A stretch of DNA of 64,000 nt from positions 1 to 64,000 of the IMG/VR virus record IMGVR_UViG_3300045988_110372; one strand, 5' to 3'. The notes below the pieces were generated by a model. It ran no database searches. It saw only the letters and a list, made by a program, of their open reading frames with translations, and was not told the DNA's origin. The translations under genes were made by a program, and so were the position numbers. This DNA is from a virus. Below, piece by piece: positions 36,411 to 45,514 of the stretch (the stretch's first letter is position 1; every line of letters begins with the position of its first letter).

Positions 36411-36610
36411 TTGACTTCCTCAAAGCTAACCCTTATGTAACTAGAGAGGAATATCTTTGGGAATGGACTATACCGCAGATAAGGCTTGCTTCTTACGACT
36501 TCACACATGTAAGATACCTTTCTGAAAAAGAATCAGAGAACAAGAACGCACAATCCTTTGACAATCCCGAAGATTTGATGAAGGCTTTAGGTCTTAAACC
36601 TACGATTTAA
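35883..36610 (+). CDS. tail assembly chaperone, -1 frameshift fusion product (GT-like)
   Basis: Slipping at 36299-36305 joins '...MLSMDYFF' to 'REYQRYNNDKGDG...LGLKPTI'. The -1 ORF ends 12 nt before the tape measure ATG. Confidence 0.6.
36299..36305 (+). promoter_or_regulatory. -1 programmed ribosomal frameshift site (T TTT TTC)
   Basis: The heptamer has the X XXY YYZ form in the zero frame, reading 'tat ttt ttc'. The -1 frame is open from here to 36610. Confidence 0.65.
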
Positions 36611-36621
36611 AACTTATATAT

Positions 36622-39600
36622 ATGGCAGAAGATTTTGCAATAGGTAAAGAGTTGGAGATACCGAAATCGGTACTTGACAATATAGACAAGATAGACAAGA
36701 AGATTAACGACATATCTAAAGATTCTGAATTGATGGCACAGAAGTTTGGCTTGGCAATGACTAAAATGGCATCCAATTCCGACAGCTTGCTAAAGAAGTT
36801 GACCGAGATGCAGTCTAAGATAAATTCTATGGATATATCAAAGTTTGCACAAGGTGTTTCTAATGTAAGCAAAGGAACTGCCCAAATAGAACAATTCTCA
36901 AACGCAATATCAAAGGCTGCTGCTGCTATCAATAAATACAACAACAGTCAGACTAAACAGAAGTCTGTAACAAACGACAAGGAAATAGAACGGCTCAACA
37001 AGGAAATAGAGGCGTTAAAAAAGAAAACGGAGCAATTAGAAAAATATAGAAAAAAACAGAAGCAAGTAACCGAAGAACAAAGTAGTTCACGAGTTAATAC
37101 AAAAGCTATTGATGCCTACAACCGTGCTATGGCTAGTTCGGAAGCTTTGGTTACTCAACGTATCAACAAGATAGCGAAGCTTCGTCAGGCAGAAGAGATG
37201 CTTTTAAAGACAGGCAAAGATTATTCTGCAAACATATCTAAGATTCGTTCAGAGATAGAAAGACTGAATAAACTAAATCAAGGTCAGGTAGATTCTTACG
37301 GAAGGATAATAAGGTCACATCAGAATCTGATGAATACCTCCGACCAGTTAATGAGAAAGCTTGCTTTGATTTTCTCTGTTTCTCAGATACAAGGCTATCT
37401 TATGAACTTGGTTAAAGTTCGTGGAGAATTTGAATTGCAGAATACCGCACTTGCTTCTATCTTACAGAATAAAGATAAAGCCGACAAGTTGTTTGCGCAG
37501 ATTACAGAATTGGCGGTTAAGTCACCTTTTACATTGAAGGAATTGACTACTTATACAAAGTCTTTGTCTGCTTATCAGGTAGAATACGAAAAGTTGTACG
37601 ATACAACTAAAATGCTTGCTGATGTATCGGCAGGTCTTGGTATAGATATGCAACGATTGATTTTGGCTTTCGGACAGGTGAAAGCCGCGAATGTTTTGCG
37701 TGGAACTGAAGTAAGGCAATTTACAGAAGCAGGTCTTAACATTCTTGGTGAACTTGCTAAATACTATACTGAACTTGAAGGCAAAATGGTTACGATAGGA
37801 GAAGTACAAGACCGTGTTACCAAGAAAATGGTTGCTTTTGGAGATGTGGAAGAAGTGTTTAAGCGTGTAACATCAGCAGGAGGTATATTCTATAACATGC
37901 AGGAAAGACAAGCTGAAACTTTGGCGGGGCAAATGTCAAACTTGCAGGATAGTATAGATATTATGCTGAACGATATAGGTAAGGCAAATGATGGCATAAT
38001 TAAAAATATCGTAGCTTCTGTAAGAACTATTGTAGAAAATTGGGAAATATTTGCCAATCTTATAAATGCAGCTTCGGTAGGGTTTGTTTTATACACAGCT
38101 AAAGTTTTACTTGCCGCTAAAGCCAACAATGCCTTTGCTGCAAGCTCTATTGCTGCTACTGCCGCACAAAGTGGTCTTGTTGGTGCTACCGCTAAAACGA
38201 TTAAAGTATTTAACTCTTTGATTGCTTTTGCTAAAGCCAATCCGTTTGTAATGATTGCTTCCGCAGTAGCATATTTAGGTTATGAACTATACGACCATGT
38301 AAAGAAAGTTGAGGAAAATAAAAAGGCTTATGATGTCTTAGTAAACAGTGTAAAAGAAACAGGAAAAAGCTTCAACTCTATCACTTCTAAAATAGAAGAA
38401 CAAAATGAAAAAATAAGAAAATCCTTAGATTCACTAGAATCCATAAAGAAAGGAACTAAGGAATATTACGAAGTAGAAAGTGAAGCCAACAAAGAAAGAG
38501 AGAAGTTAAATACACTTCTTAATGATTTAAAAAACAAATTCCCCGAAGTATATAGTGGAATTGTAAAGCAAAAGGACGGAACGGTAGATTTGACTTCTGC
38601 CCAAAAAATATTAAATGAGGAACTTGAAAAAACAACATATCTGTCATATCTGTCAAGACAAACCGAAACTTTTTGGAATGAAGGTCTTGTAGAAAACATA
38701 AAAGATGCCTCAAAGGAGCAGCAAAACTATAAGTCAAGCATGGATAACGTTTCTAGCGGATTTATTCAAATGAGTGCAAGAATAAAGGAATATTTTGCTA
38801 CAAATAAATACGCTTCTAAAGAATTGCAGAAACAGCTTGACGATATTGCAAAAAGCTCCATGTCTACATACGATAAGATACAGAAGATGTATTTTGTAGT
38901 AAGTAATACAACAGGTGTAAATATTGGAGATTTGAGAGATATAATATACGATTATCAAGAAGAAGCTAGAAAAGCCGAAAAAGCTAACGATGCTCTCAAT
39001 GATTCAAATGGTAAACTTTCTGAAAGTATAAAGCAAATAGCGGAAGGATATAAGTCTGCTTTTGACATTTCAACAGAAGAAGGCAGAAAATCTGCGCAAA
39101 AAGCCACAGAAGAGTTTATAAGGTTGCTTGATATTAAAGACGAAGCTGTTAGAAAGTTTGTTCAAACCCAATTTGAAGTAAATATAGGGGTAAAGCTTAA
39201 CATTGAAGGAAAGATTGAAAAGCAATTCTCTGATATGGAGAAAAGAGTAAATGATTACCTTAAATCCAAAGAGTTTTCTTTAATCCCTAAAGTTGAAGCA
39301 GGAGAGGGCACTTCTAAATACTTTAATGACCTTAAAAATGAATATAAGGACTTAGTAGAAGAAGCAGAAAAGATAAAAAGGGCTAATCAGGAATTGTACC
39401 CTGACAAGACAAATGCACAAAGACTTGATGAGTTGAATAAAAAGATGGTTCAAGTCAAAAACACCCTTAAAGACTGGGGTGAACTTGAAGAAAAGGGAAC
39501 TAAGACTTCAAAGCAAAATCCTGAATTGAAACGTCTTAAAGACCAAATAGCATTAATCAAGAAAGCAGGAGATGAATACAAGAAGCTAAGACAATATTAC

Positions 39601-41820
39601 AGCGAAGAAGATGCTATCAAGCAGGTACGTGAATCGTTTGCTGATGCTTTCAGTAATTTAGACCTTGACATTGCTATGTCATTTGATACGGAAGGAGTTG
39701 TAAAAGGTATAGAAAACCTTACCTACAAAACAATACAAGGCGGTAAGGAAGCCGTAGATGAAGCTTTAGCACCTCTGAAATCCGAACAGAATATCAAGGT
39801 TAAGGCAGAAGGTCTTGAAGAAATACAAAGACAGATTGATGATATTTTCTCTAACTATGAGTTTAACCTCGAACTTCAATCAGCAGGAATAGATGCAGGT
39901 GCTTTCAAGAATATGCTTCAAGATTTAGGAGTAACTGACGAAGAGATATCTATGGTTGGTCTTGACGCTACTACTTTTGAAGAAGTTGCTGAAAAGGTAA
40001 GAAAGGTTATATCTGACTTACAGAAACAAGGCGGTGACGACCAAATAAAGCAAGCTAGAAAATTCCAAGAGCAGCTTACGGCTTTGGAAGTAAAGGAAGC
40101 TAGAAAGAGATTCGATGAACTTGCTAAACTACGTGAGAAGTATCAGACCAATCAAGAAAAGATGCAGACAGTTCAGACCAATCTGTTTGCCGACAAGGAC
40201 GCTTTAGCTTTATTGGAAGAACAGAAAGCTATGGGCAAAGCCGTAAACAAGGAGCAGGAAGAACTGTTGAAATTAAGAATACAAGCTGGCGAGGATGCTC
40301 TTTTACAGTTAAAGAGTGAAGCGTTGCAGCTTACGGACTTTTGGCAAAGACTATTCGGTGACTTGAATGATATAAGCGTAAATTCATTGCTTGAACTGTC
40401 TAGGATAACCGATGAAATTATTGCTAACAGAACAGAGATAAAAGGCGACAAAGGTGATATAAAAGGATATTCTTCGTCTTATACGGATAAGGACGGAATA
40501 ACCAAGCAGGTTACACTTACAAAACAGCAATATCAGCAGTTACTGAAACAGAATAATCAGGTTGCCGATGAAATACAGAAGAAGAATCCTTTCCGTGCGT
40601 TGTATGAAGCCATACTGAAAGGCAAGCAGGAAGGAGAAACACAGCTTGACTATTATACTAGACTTGAAAGTATTATAAACAGTGTATCTGATGCAGCGTT
40701 TGGAGCAGCCGAAAACCTTATGGATATATTCGGTGCAAGTGACGAAGCAAAAGAAATGCTTAACAATATCAAAGGTATAGCTGACGGTGCTGTAAGTTTG
40801 GGAATGGGTGTAGGACGTATAGCGTCAGGAGATATTATAGGCGGTGGCTTGCAAGCTATAAGCGGTGTGGCAAGTGTAGTCAAGTCAATAATAAATATCC
40901 ACGACAACAAACGAGAAAAAGAGATTCAGCGTCAAATAGATTTGATAGAAGAATTGCAGCGTTCTTATGAGAAGTTGCAGGGAGCTATCGAAGGTGCATA
41001 TTCTATCAACACATACAAGGCTTCATACGAACAGTCTGTTGCTAATTTGGAAGCACAGAATGAGGCTTTGAGAAATGCAATAGCAGCGGAACAAGACAAG
41101 AAGAAACCTGACGATGATAGAATAAAGGAATGGCAGAATCAGATACAAGACAATCTTGACGCTATAAAGGAATTGGAAGAACAGTTTATAGCTGACTTAG
41201 GAGGATTCGGAAGTGATGCAAATGTCAAGTCTGCCGCACAAGAATTTGCTGATGCTTGGCTTGAAGCCTATATGGAAACTGGTGACGGTCTTGATGCTCT
41301 TAGCGACAAATGGGATGAGTATATTCAGAATGTAGTAGCCAAACAGTTGATGCTGAAAGGCACTGAAAAGTATTTGAAACCTGTCATGGATATGCTTGAC
41401 GGTATGTTGCAGGATTCAGTATTTACACCGAAAGAAGCGGAAGAGATACAAAATAAGATAGACCAAGTTATACCTCAGTTAAATGAGTTTTGGAAAGCGA
41501 TAGCCGGAAGCTTTGATTTAGGTGCTGCGGACGAGGGTGATACGATGAGTGGATTGTCTAAATCTATAAGCGGTATCACAGAAGAAACCGCTGATGCTTT
41601 GGCTGCAATAACTGAAAGTATAAGATATTTTAGTGCGGACACAAACGTCAAGGTTAGCGGAATATATAACTTCTTGTTAAATCCACCAGTAGAAAGTCCT
41701 TTGTTTGCCGAAATGAAAATGCAGACTGAACATTTGAGATTGATGTATAATCTTTGGAACTCAATGTCTAAATCAAAGGCAGGTGTTCAAGGACGTGTAT
41801 TGAAAGTGGAAGTAGTGTAA
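36622..41820 (+). CDS. tail tape measure protein (1732 aa)
   Basis: Very long coiled-coil protein with a central hydrophobic stretch 'AASVGFVLYTAKVLLAAKANNAFAASSIAATAAQSG...'. It has a TP901-type core-like 'ILAFGQVKAANVLRGTEVRQFTEAGLNILGELAKYY'. Confidence 0.9.
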   Translation: MAEDFAIGKELEIPKSVLDNIDKIDKKINDISKDSELMAQKFGLAMTKMASNSDSLLKKLTEMQSKINSMDISKFAQGVSNVSKGTAQIEQFSNAISKAAAAINKYNNSQTKQKSVTNDKEIERLNKEIEALKKKTEQLEKYRKKQKQVTEEQSSSRVNTKAIDAYNRAMASSEALVTQRINKIAKLRQAEEMLLKTGKDYSANISKIRSEIERLNKLNQGQVDSYGRIIRSHQNLMNTSDQLMRKLALIFSVSQIQGYLMNLVKVRGEFELQNTALASILQNKDKADKLFAQITELAVKSPFTLKELTTYTKSLSAYQVEYEKLYDTTKMLADVSAGLGIDMQRLILAFGQVKAANVLRGTEVRQFTEAGLNILGELAKYYTELEGKMVTIGEVQDRVTKKMVAFGDVEEVFKRVTSAGGIFYNMQERQAETLAGQMSNLQDSIDIMLNDIGKANDGIIKNIVASVRTIVENWEIFANLINAASVGFVLYTAKVLLAAKANNAFAASSIAATAAQSGLVGATAKTIKVFNSLIAFAKANPFVMIASAVAYLGYELYDHVKKVEENKKAYDVLVNSVKETGKSFNSITSKIEEQNEKIRKSLDSLESIKKGTKEYYEVESEANKEREKLNTLLNDLKNKFPEVYSGIVKQKDGTVDLTSAQKILNEELEKTTYLSYLSRQTETFWNEGLVENIKDASKEQQNYKSSMDNVSSGFIQMSARIKEYFATNKYASKELQKQLDDIAKSSMSTYDKIQKMYFVVSNTTGVNIGDLRDIIYDYQEEARKAEKANDALNDSNGKLSESIKQIAEGYKSAFDISTEEGRKSAQKATEEFIRLLDIKDEAVRKFVQTQFEVNIGVKLNIEGKIEKQFSDMEKRVNDYLKSKEFSLIPKVEAGEGTSKYFNDLKNEYKDLVEEAEKIKRANQELYPDKTNAQRLDELNKKMVQVKNTLKDWGELEEKGTKTSKQNPELKRLKDQIALIKKAGDEYKKLRQYYSEEDAIKQVRESFADAFSNLDLDIAMSFDTEGVVKGIENLTYKTIQGGKEAVDEALAPLKSEQNIKVKAEGLEEIQRQIDDIFSNYEFNLELQSAGIDAGAFKNMLQDLGVTDEEISMVGLDATTFEEVAEKVRKVISDLQKQGGDDQIKQARKFQEQLTALEVKEARKRFDELAKLREKYQTNQEKMQTVQTNLFADKDALALLEEQKAMGKAVNKEQEELLKLRIQAGEDALLQLKSEALQLTDFWQRLFGDLNDISVNSLLELSRITDEIIANRTEIKGDKGDIKGYSSSYTDKDGITKQVTLTKQQYQQLLKQNNQVADEIQKKNPFRALYEAILKGKQEGETQLDYYTRLESIINSVSDAAFGAAENLMDIFGASDEAKEMLNNIKGIADGAVSLGMGVGRIASGDIIGGGLQAISGVASVVKSIINIHDNKREKEIQRQIDLIEELQRSYEKLQGAIEGAYSINTYKASYEQSVANLEAQNEALRNAIAAEQDKKKPDDDRIKEWQNQIQDNLDAIKELEEQFIADLGGFGSDANVKSAAQEFADAWLEAYMETGDGLDALSDKWDEYIQNVVAKQLMLKGTEKYLKPVMDMLDGMLQDSVFTPKEAEEIQNKIDQVIPQLNEFWKAIAGSFDLGAADEGDTMSGLSKSISGITEETADALAAITESIRYFSADTNVKVSGIYNFLLNPPVESPLFAEMKMQTEHLRLMYNLWNSMSKSKAGVQGRVLKVEVV

Positions 41821-41852
41821 TTTCTTTTTCATAATTCATATACAAATAAGTT

Positions 41853-41885
41853 AGCCACCCCGATTATGAGGTGGCTTTCTTTATT
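41853..41885. terminator. bidirectional intrinsic terminator
   Basis: The stem AGCCACC/GGTGGCT (41853-59 with 41870-76) is followed by 'TTCTTTATT'. It lies between convergent genes. Confidence 0.65.
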
Positions 41886-42741
41886 ATTGTCGTTCTCTTA
41901 AAATATCGTCTACTATCTTCTTGAAGTATTCCCTACCTTTTACCGTAATAAGAGTTTGTGTACCTGCCTTACCATTCTCTTCTCTGTTCCATTCTTTCAG
42001 AACGAAATACTTGTCTACATACTTCGCAATAGGTTTCAGTTTACCTTTAGCGTCACGATATATATACTTGTTATCAATCAGCATGAAGATAAATGCCTTT
42101 TCTCCTATTCCTAAAAGTTTGGCTGTATCACGGAAGTTTAGGTTATTTCCTCGTTCAATAAGACCGTTAAAATATTCCACTTTGGGGGCATCTTTTTTGA
42201 TTTTGTTTTCTGCTTCAAGTAATCTTTGCTCTTTACGCTTTAATGTTTCTTGTGCAATCATTAAGGCACGAGCCATAAGTTCTTCGGGGGTTTCATTTTC
42301 TTTGGCTAGCATATAACCACCCTGTTTGCGTATTGAGGGCAACACTTCACTTGTAACCCATTTTCTAAATGGTCTTACATTAGGACTATCTGAGAATAAA
42401 AGCACATCATAAAAGCCACTTTCATTAACAAAATTAGCCATCGAATTGCCTGTTATTTCACCCTCACCGTGTTTTAGGGCGTGTAAATCAATGAGTTGCA
42501 AATCTTGTGGGTCTAATCTTGATTTCACAGATGATGGATTTTTTAGACCAACAGCCTTGCAAATATCACTCAAACAAAACATAGGCTCATCATTCTTGAT
42601 TATTACCCTTACATTACCAAACTCTTGATTGTTGAAAATCTGAATGCCTTTTTCGTTGGCAGACGCTGAATTTTGCAAGCTATCGTTTGCGGAATCAGAA
42701 AAATTCATTATCTTTGTCATACTTTGTATGATTTGCAGCAA
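41884..42741 (-). CDS. Bro-N / KilAC (ANT) domain antirepressor-like protein
   Basis: The Bro-N part reads 'FNNQEFGNVRVIIKNDEPMFCLSDICKAVGL...SVKSRLD'. The C-terminal KilAC-like part reads 'NFRDTAKLLGIGEKAFIFMLIDNKYIYRD'. Confidence 0.75.
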   Translation of the reverse strand: MLQIIQSMTKIMNFSDSANDSLQNSASANEKGIQIFNNQEFGNVRVIIKNDEPMFCLSDICKAVGLKNPSSVKSRLDPQDLQLIDLHALKHGEGEITGNSMANFVNESGFYDVLLFSDSPNVRPFRKWVTSEVLPSIRKQGGYMLAKENETPEELMARALMIAQETLKRKEQRLLEAENKIKKDAPKVEYFNGLIERGNNLNFRDTAKLLGIGEKAFIFMLIDNKYIYRDAKGKLKPIAKYVDKYFVLKEWNREENGKAGTQTLITVKGREYFKKIVDDILRERQ

Positions 42742-42801
42742 ATATACTAATTAAAGCGTTAATTACAAAATGTATTTGCTTAAAAGTTAGCCATGCCTTA
42801 G

Positions 42802-43107
42802 TCAAGGTGTGGCTTTCTTGTATTCTTCCGTAAAGTTGCTATACATATCCTTGTATATTCTCTGATTGTTAATCATCCAGCCGATGTTGCTTATTCCTTT
42901 GAATACGGCTCTTTTGCTTCTGAAAAACTCTTTGGATAATGTACCTATTGATACGTTTAATTCCTTGTGAAGATAATACCATACAAAATGCCTTGCAAGT
43001 GGTATCTGACTGCTTCTGCTTGAACTGTAAAGTTTTTTTTCTTCAATTCCGAAATGTTTTGATGCAAATCTACTCAATTTCTCAATCTTCGATTCCATAT
43101 AATACAC
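42802..43107 (-). CDS. small DnaA-domain-IV-like HTH protein (101 aa)
   Basis: 'SQIPLARHFVWYYLHKELNVSIGTLSKEFFRSKRAVFKGISNI' resembles the DnaA C-terminal HTH layout. It is paralog-like to 59701-59991. Confidence 0.45.
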   Translation of the reverse strand: MYYMESKIEKLSRFASKHFGIEEKKLYSSSRSSQIPLARHFVWYYLHKELNVSIGTLSKEFFRSKRAVFKGISNIGWMINNQRIYKDMYSNFTEEYKKATP

Positions 43108-43317
43108 TATGATTCAATTAATTCACTAATGTAATAATAATATCACTAAAATCCAAATATATTCGGTATTATTTATAACTATTTGATTATTAAGTCAATA
43201 AAATATTTTTATACTTATTAGTCTTGATTTGCTTGTATATATACTTTCGGTCAGCTTTGAGAAATCAAGGTCGTCAAGGCGCAAAGACAAAAGAGCGCAA
43301 GATAAATTTTAAAATTT

Positions 43318-43392
43318 ATGCAAATCAAAACTATGGACGGTCAGTCTTATAACGTGACTGGCGCAGGTCAAGGTAATTTTAACACAGTGGGT
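43318..43392 (+). CDS. exon 1 of the intron-split Cys-rich protein gene (25 codons)
   Basis: 'MQIKTMDGQSYNVTGAGQGNFNTVG' ends on a complete codon GGT. The final U pairs with G43406 in the predicted P1 helix. An in-frame stop follows 2 codons into the intron. Confidence 0.6.
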
Positions 43393-44502
43393 AAATAAGG
43401 CAGTTGCTCACTTAAAACTCCCTTAATTGCTGGAAACTCCTAACGTAAAGACGAGGACAATCAGCAGCCAAGTTCTTTGAAATGTTGATTAATATTGCTA
43501 TATTTACAAATAAATGCATAATTATATGGAAGGAGTAGTTTATAAATATACGTCTCCAAGTGGAAAGGTATATATAGGACAAACTTCAAATGAGAAAAGA
43601 AGACGTTCTGAGTTTTTTAGAATTAATCAATCTTATGGTGAAAGTAAAATGGATAACGCAAGAAAAAAATATGGAGTTGAAAATTTCTTATATGAAGTTT
43701 TGTTCAGGGAAGAATTTGACGACTTGGGTGTTATGGCTAAAACTTTAAATGAAAAGGAAATGTATTATATAAAACTTTTTGATTCATTTAAAAGTGGCTA
43801 TAATATGAATGAAGGAGGTGCTGGTAATGTAGGATTTGAAATGCCAAATGATTCAAGATTGAAAATATCAGAAAACACTAAGCATACAATAAAAGAAAAA
43901 GGACATCCGATGAAGGGTAGAAAGCATACAGAAGAGAGCATAAATAAAATGCGTAAAAATACCCAAAAAAAGTTCGGTAAAGAAAACCCAAATTATGGAT
44001 GGAAACCATCAAAGGAATTGATTGATAGGCTTTCTGAATTGTCAAAAATGAGAGTTGGAAATAAGAACCCGTTTTTTGGTAAGCACCATACCGAGGAAAA
44101 TAAACAAAAATATCGAAATTTGTTTGGAAAGAAAGTTGTTCAAATAGATAAATTCACAGATAAGGTAATATCAATTTATGATTCAGCAAATGAAGCCGCT
44201 ATTTCTGTATGTGGTAATATAAAAGCTGCGTCAGACATAGGAAAGTGCTGCAATGGATACATAAATAAAAAAGGCGTAAAAATAAAAACAGCTCATGGGT
44301 ATAAATGGCAATGGTATCAACAATTCGAAGAAAAGGTTCATCGACTATCGAAAGCATAGGTTAATCCGAATAAGCGAGTAGAGTACATTCAAGTGAATGG
44401 AAATGGGGAGCACCAAAAAGGTGAAGATATAGTCAAATCTGTATAGAAATATACAGCTGCTTTTAGGCGGGTTAGAATTAACGAATCTAACTGAATATTA
44501 TG
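43393..44502 (+). mobile_element. group I self-splicing intron (IA-like) carrying a GIY-YIG homing endonuclease ORF
   Basis: Recognised core elements:
- P 'AATTGCTGGAAA' at 43425-36.
- Q 'AATCAGCAGC' at 43459-68.
- R 'GTTCATCGACTATCG' at 44336-50.
- S 'AAGATATAGTC' at 44424-34.
Predicted helices:
- P1: 43386-92 with 43406-12, with a U-G pair at the splice site.
- P3: 43418-23 with 44405-10.
- P4: 43427-32 with 43462-67.
- P7: 44343-47 with 44430-34.
- P8 hairpin: 44411-23.
- P9 hairpin with a GAAA loop: 44439-56.
The terminal G is at 44502. Confidence 0.8.
43514..44359 (+). CDS. GIY-YIG homing endonuclease (I-TevI-like architecture)
   Basis: It has 'GVVYKYTSPSGKVYIGQT...RRRSEF...YNMNEGG' (GIY-YIG). 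It also has three NUMOD3-like 'G(H/K)..(K)GRKHTEE' / 'NP.FGKHHTEE' repeats and a C-terminal 'AHGYKWQW'. The ORF end overlaps the intron R element. Confidence 0.85.
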   Translation: MHNYMEGVVYKYTSPSGKVYIGQTSNEKRRRSEFFRINQSYGESKMDNARKKYGVENFLYEVLFREEFDDLGVMAKTLNEKEMYYIKLFDSFKSGYNMNEGGAGNVGFEMPNDSRLKISENTKHTIKEKGHPMKGRKHTEESINKMRKNTQKKFGKENPNYGWKPSKELIDRLSELSKMRVGNKNPFFGKHHTEENKQKYRNLFGKKVVQIDKFTDKVISIYDSANEAAISVCGNIKAASDIGKCCNGYINKKGVKIKTAHGYKWQWYQQFEEKVHRLSKA

Positions 44503-44934
44503 GCTGCTGCTGGTATTGCTTCTTTCTTGGGTATTAACGGTGGTAATATCTTAGGTCGCAGCGGTTGGGGATGTAACGGTGAAGGTTGTTGCTCTGACAA
44601 CACAATGGTAAACCGTTACGAACTGAACATGGCACGTGAAGCAGATTCTCTGAAATCAGAAAATGCTTTGCTGCGTTCTCAGGTTTACGTTGACCAAAAG
44701 CTGGTTGATGTTGTGAACGACTACACATCTAAGATTAACGCTTTGGGTGTAGAAGTACGTGCCAACAAGGATGCTCAGACTGCCGTTAACTTGCAGCAAA
44801 CAGCTTTGAACGCTACTCAGACCGCTACAATTAGCGCAATGAGTGCTCAGATTGCTCAGTTGCAGTCTTTGTCACAGTTTATTGTACCAAGCAATAAGGT
44901 TTGCGACACTTGCTGCTGCGGTTGTGCTCAGTAA
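44503..44934 (+). CDS. exon 2 of the intron-split Cys-rich protein gene
   Basis: It is in frame with exon 1 after removal of 43393-44502. The sequence is 'AAAGIASFLGINGGNILGRSGWGCNGEGCCSDN...coiled coil...VCDTCCCGCAQ'. The unspliced alternative is a 144-aa ORF starting at ATG 44500. Confidence 0.6.
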   Translation, partial: AAAGIASFLGINGGNILGRSGWGCNGEGCCSDNTMVNRYELNMAREADSLKSENALLRSQVYVDQKLVDVVNDYTSKINALGVEVRANKDAQTAVNLQQTALNATQTATISAMSAQIAQLQSLSQFIVPSNKVCDTCCCGCAQ

Positions 44935-44943
44935 GGATTTTTT

Positions 44944-44975
44944 GGGGCGGTGAAATATCTGCCCCTTAAACTTTT
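44944..44975 (+). terminator. terminator-like hairpin
   Basis: The stem GGGGCGG/CTGCCCC (44944-50 with 44959-65) is followed by a T-rich tract. Confidence 0.45.
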
Positions 44976-44990
44976 AAAACACTTTTATAT

Positions 44991-45446
44991 ATGCAATATA
45001 CAAATTCACAGATTTTAGCAGCAGTATTAAACAAGTGGCTACAGCCAGTGGTGTTACAACTATCTCAGGCTAAGATGGCTTCTTTCCCTTTTGTTCAGGC
45101 AATAGAAAACAAGGTTAAATCCATAGGTTTCGTAAGTCCGAACTGGTCATTGACTCAGGAATTATCTCCAATGATTGAACCTATTACAAACAGCATCGTA
45201 CAGCCTATGCTGAACAAGTACCTGTCAAATGTTCCTGATGAAGCCATTCCTGCTATGGCACACGGAATTATAGACAAGGCTTTGGCTAACGGGAAATTGG
45301 AACTTATGGAAGGTAAGTTGATATTTGACAAGGATGATTTGACTGAATTAAAGAAGCTGCTTGACTACAACCTTCCTTTGGGACAGACGGAGGGATATAG
45401 TGTCCGTACTGCTCCCTCCGAAACAAGTACAGAAAAAGTATTATAA
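44991..45446 (+). CDS. hypothetical protein (151 aa)
   Basis: Intact ORF. No motif recognised. Confidence 0.55.
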   Translation: MQYTNSQILAAVLNKWLQPVVLQLSQAKMASFPFVQAIENKVKSIGFVSPNWSLTQELSPMIEPITNSIVQPMLNKYLSNVPDEAIPAMAHGIIDKALANGKLELMEGKLIFDKDDLTELKKLLDYNLPLGQTEGYSVRTAPSETSTEKVL

Positions 45447-45514
45447 GATATAATCGAGCCAACGCCCTCGGCACGATTGTAGAATATTAATAGGGGGCTA
45501 AATTTTGTATAACT

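Noticed and set aside
36600-36944. A 114-aa minus-strand ORF overlaps the tape measure start. Similar antisense ORFs occur at 37522-40910.
   Set aside because: They are antisense to an unambiguous 1732-aa tape measure gene, and there is no supporting signal.
41884-42741. The Bro/KilAC antirepressor-like gene was considered as evidence of a temperate lifestyle or prophage boundary.
   Set aside because: No integrase, repressor, attachment site or flanking bacterial genes are visible in this window. Bro/ANT-domain genes are also common in virulent phages.
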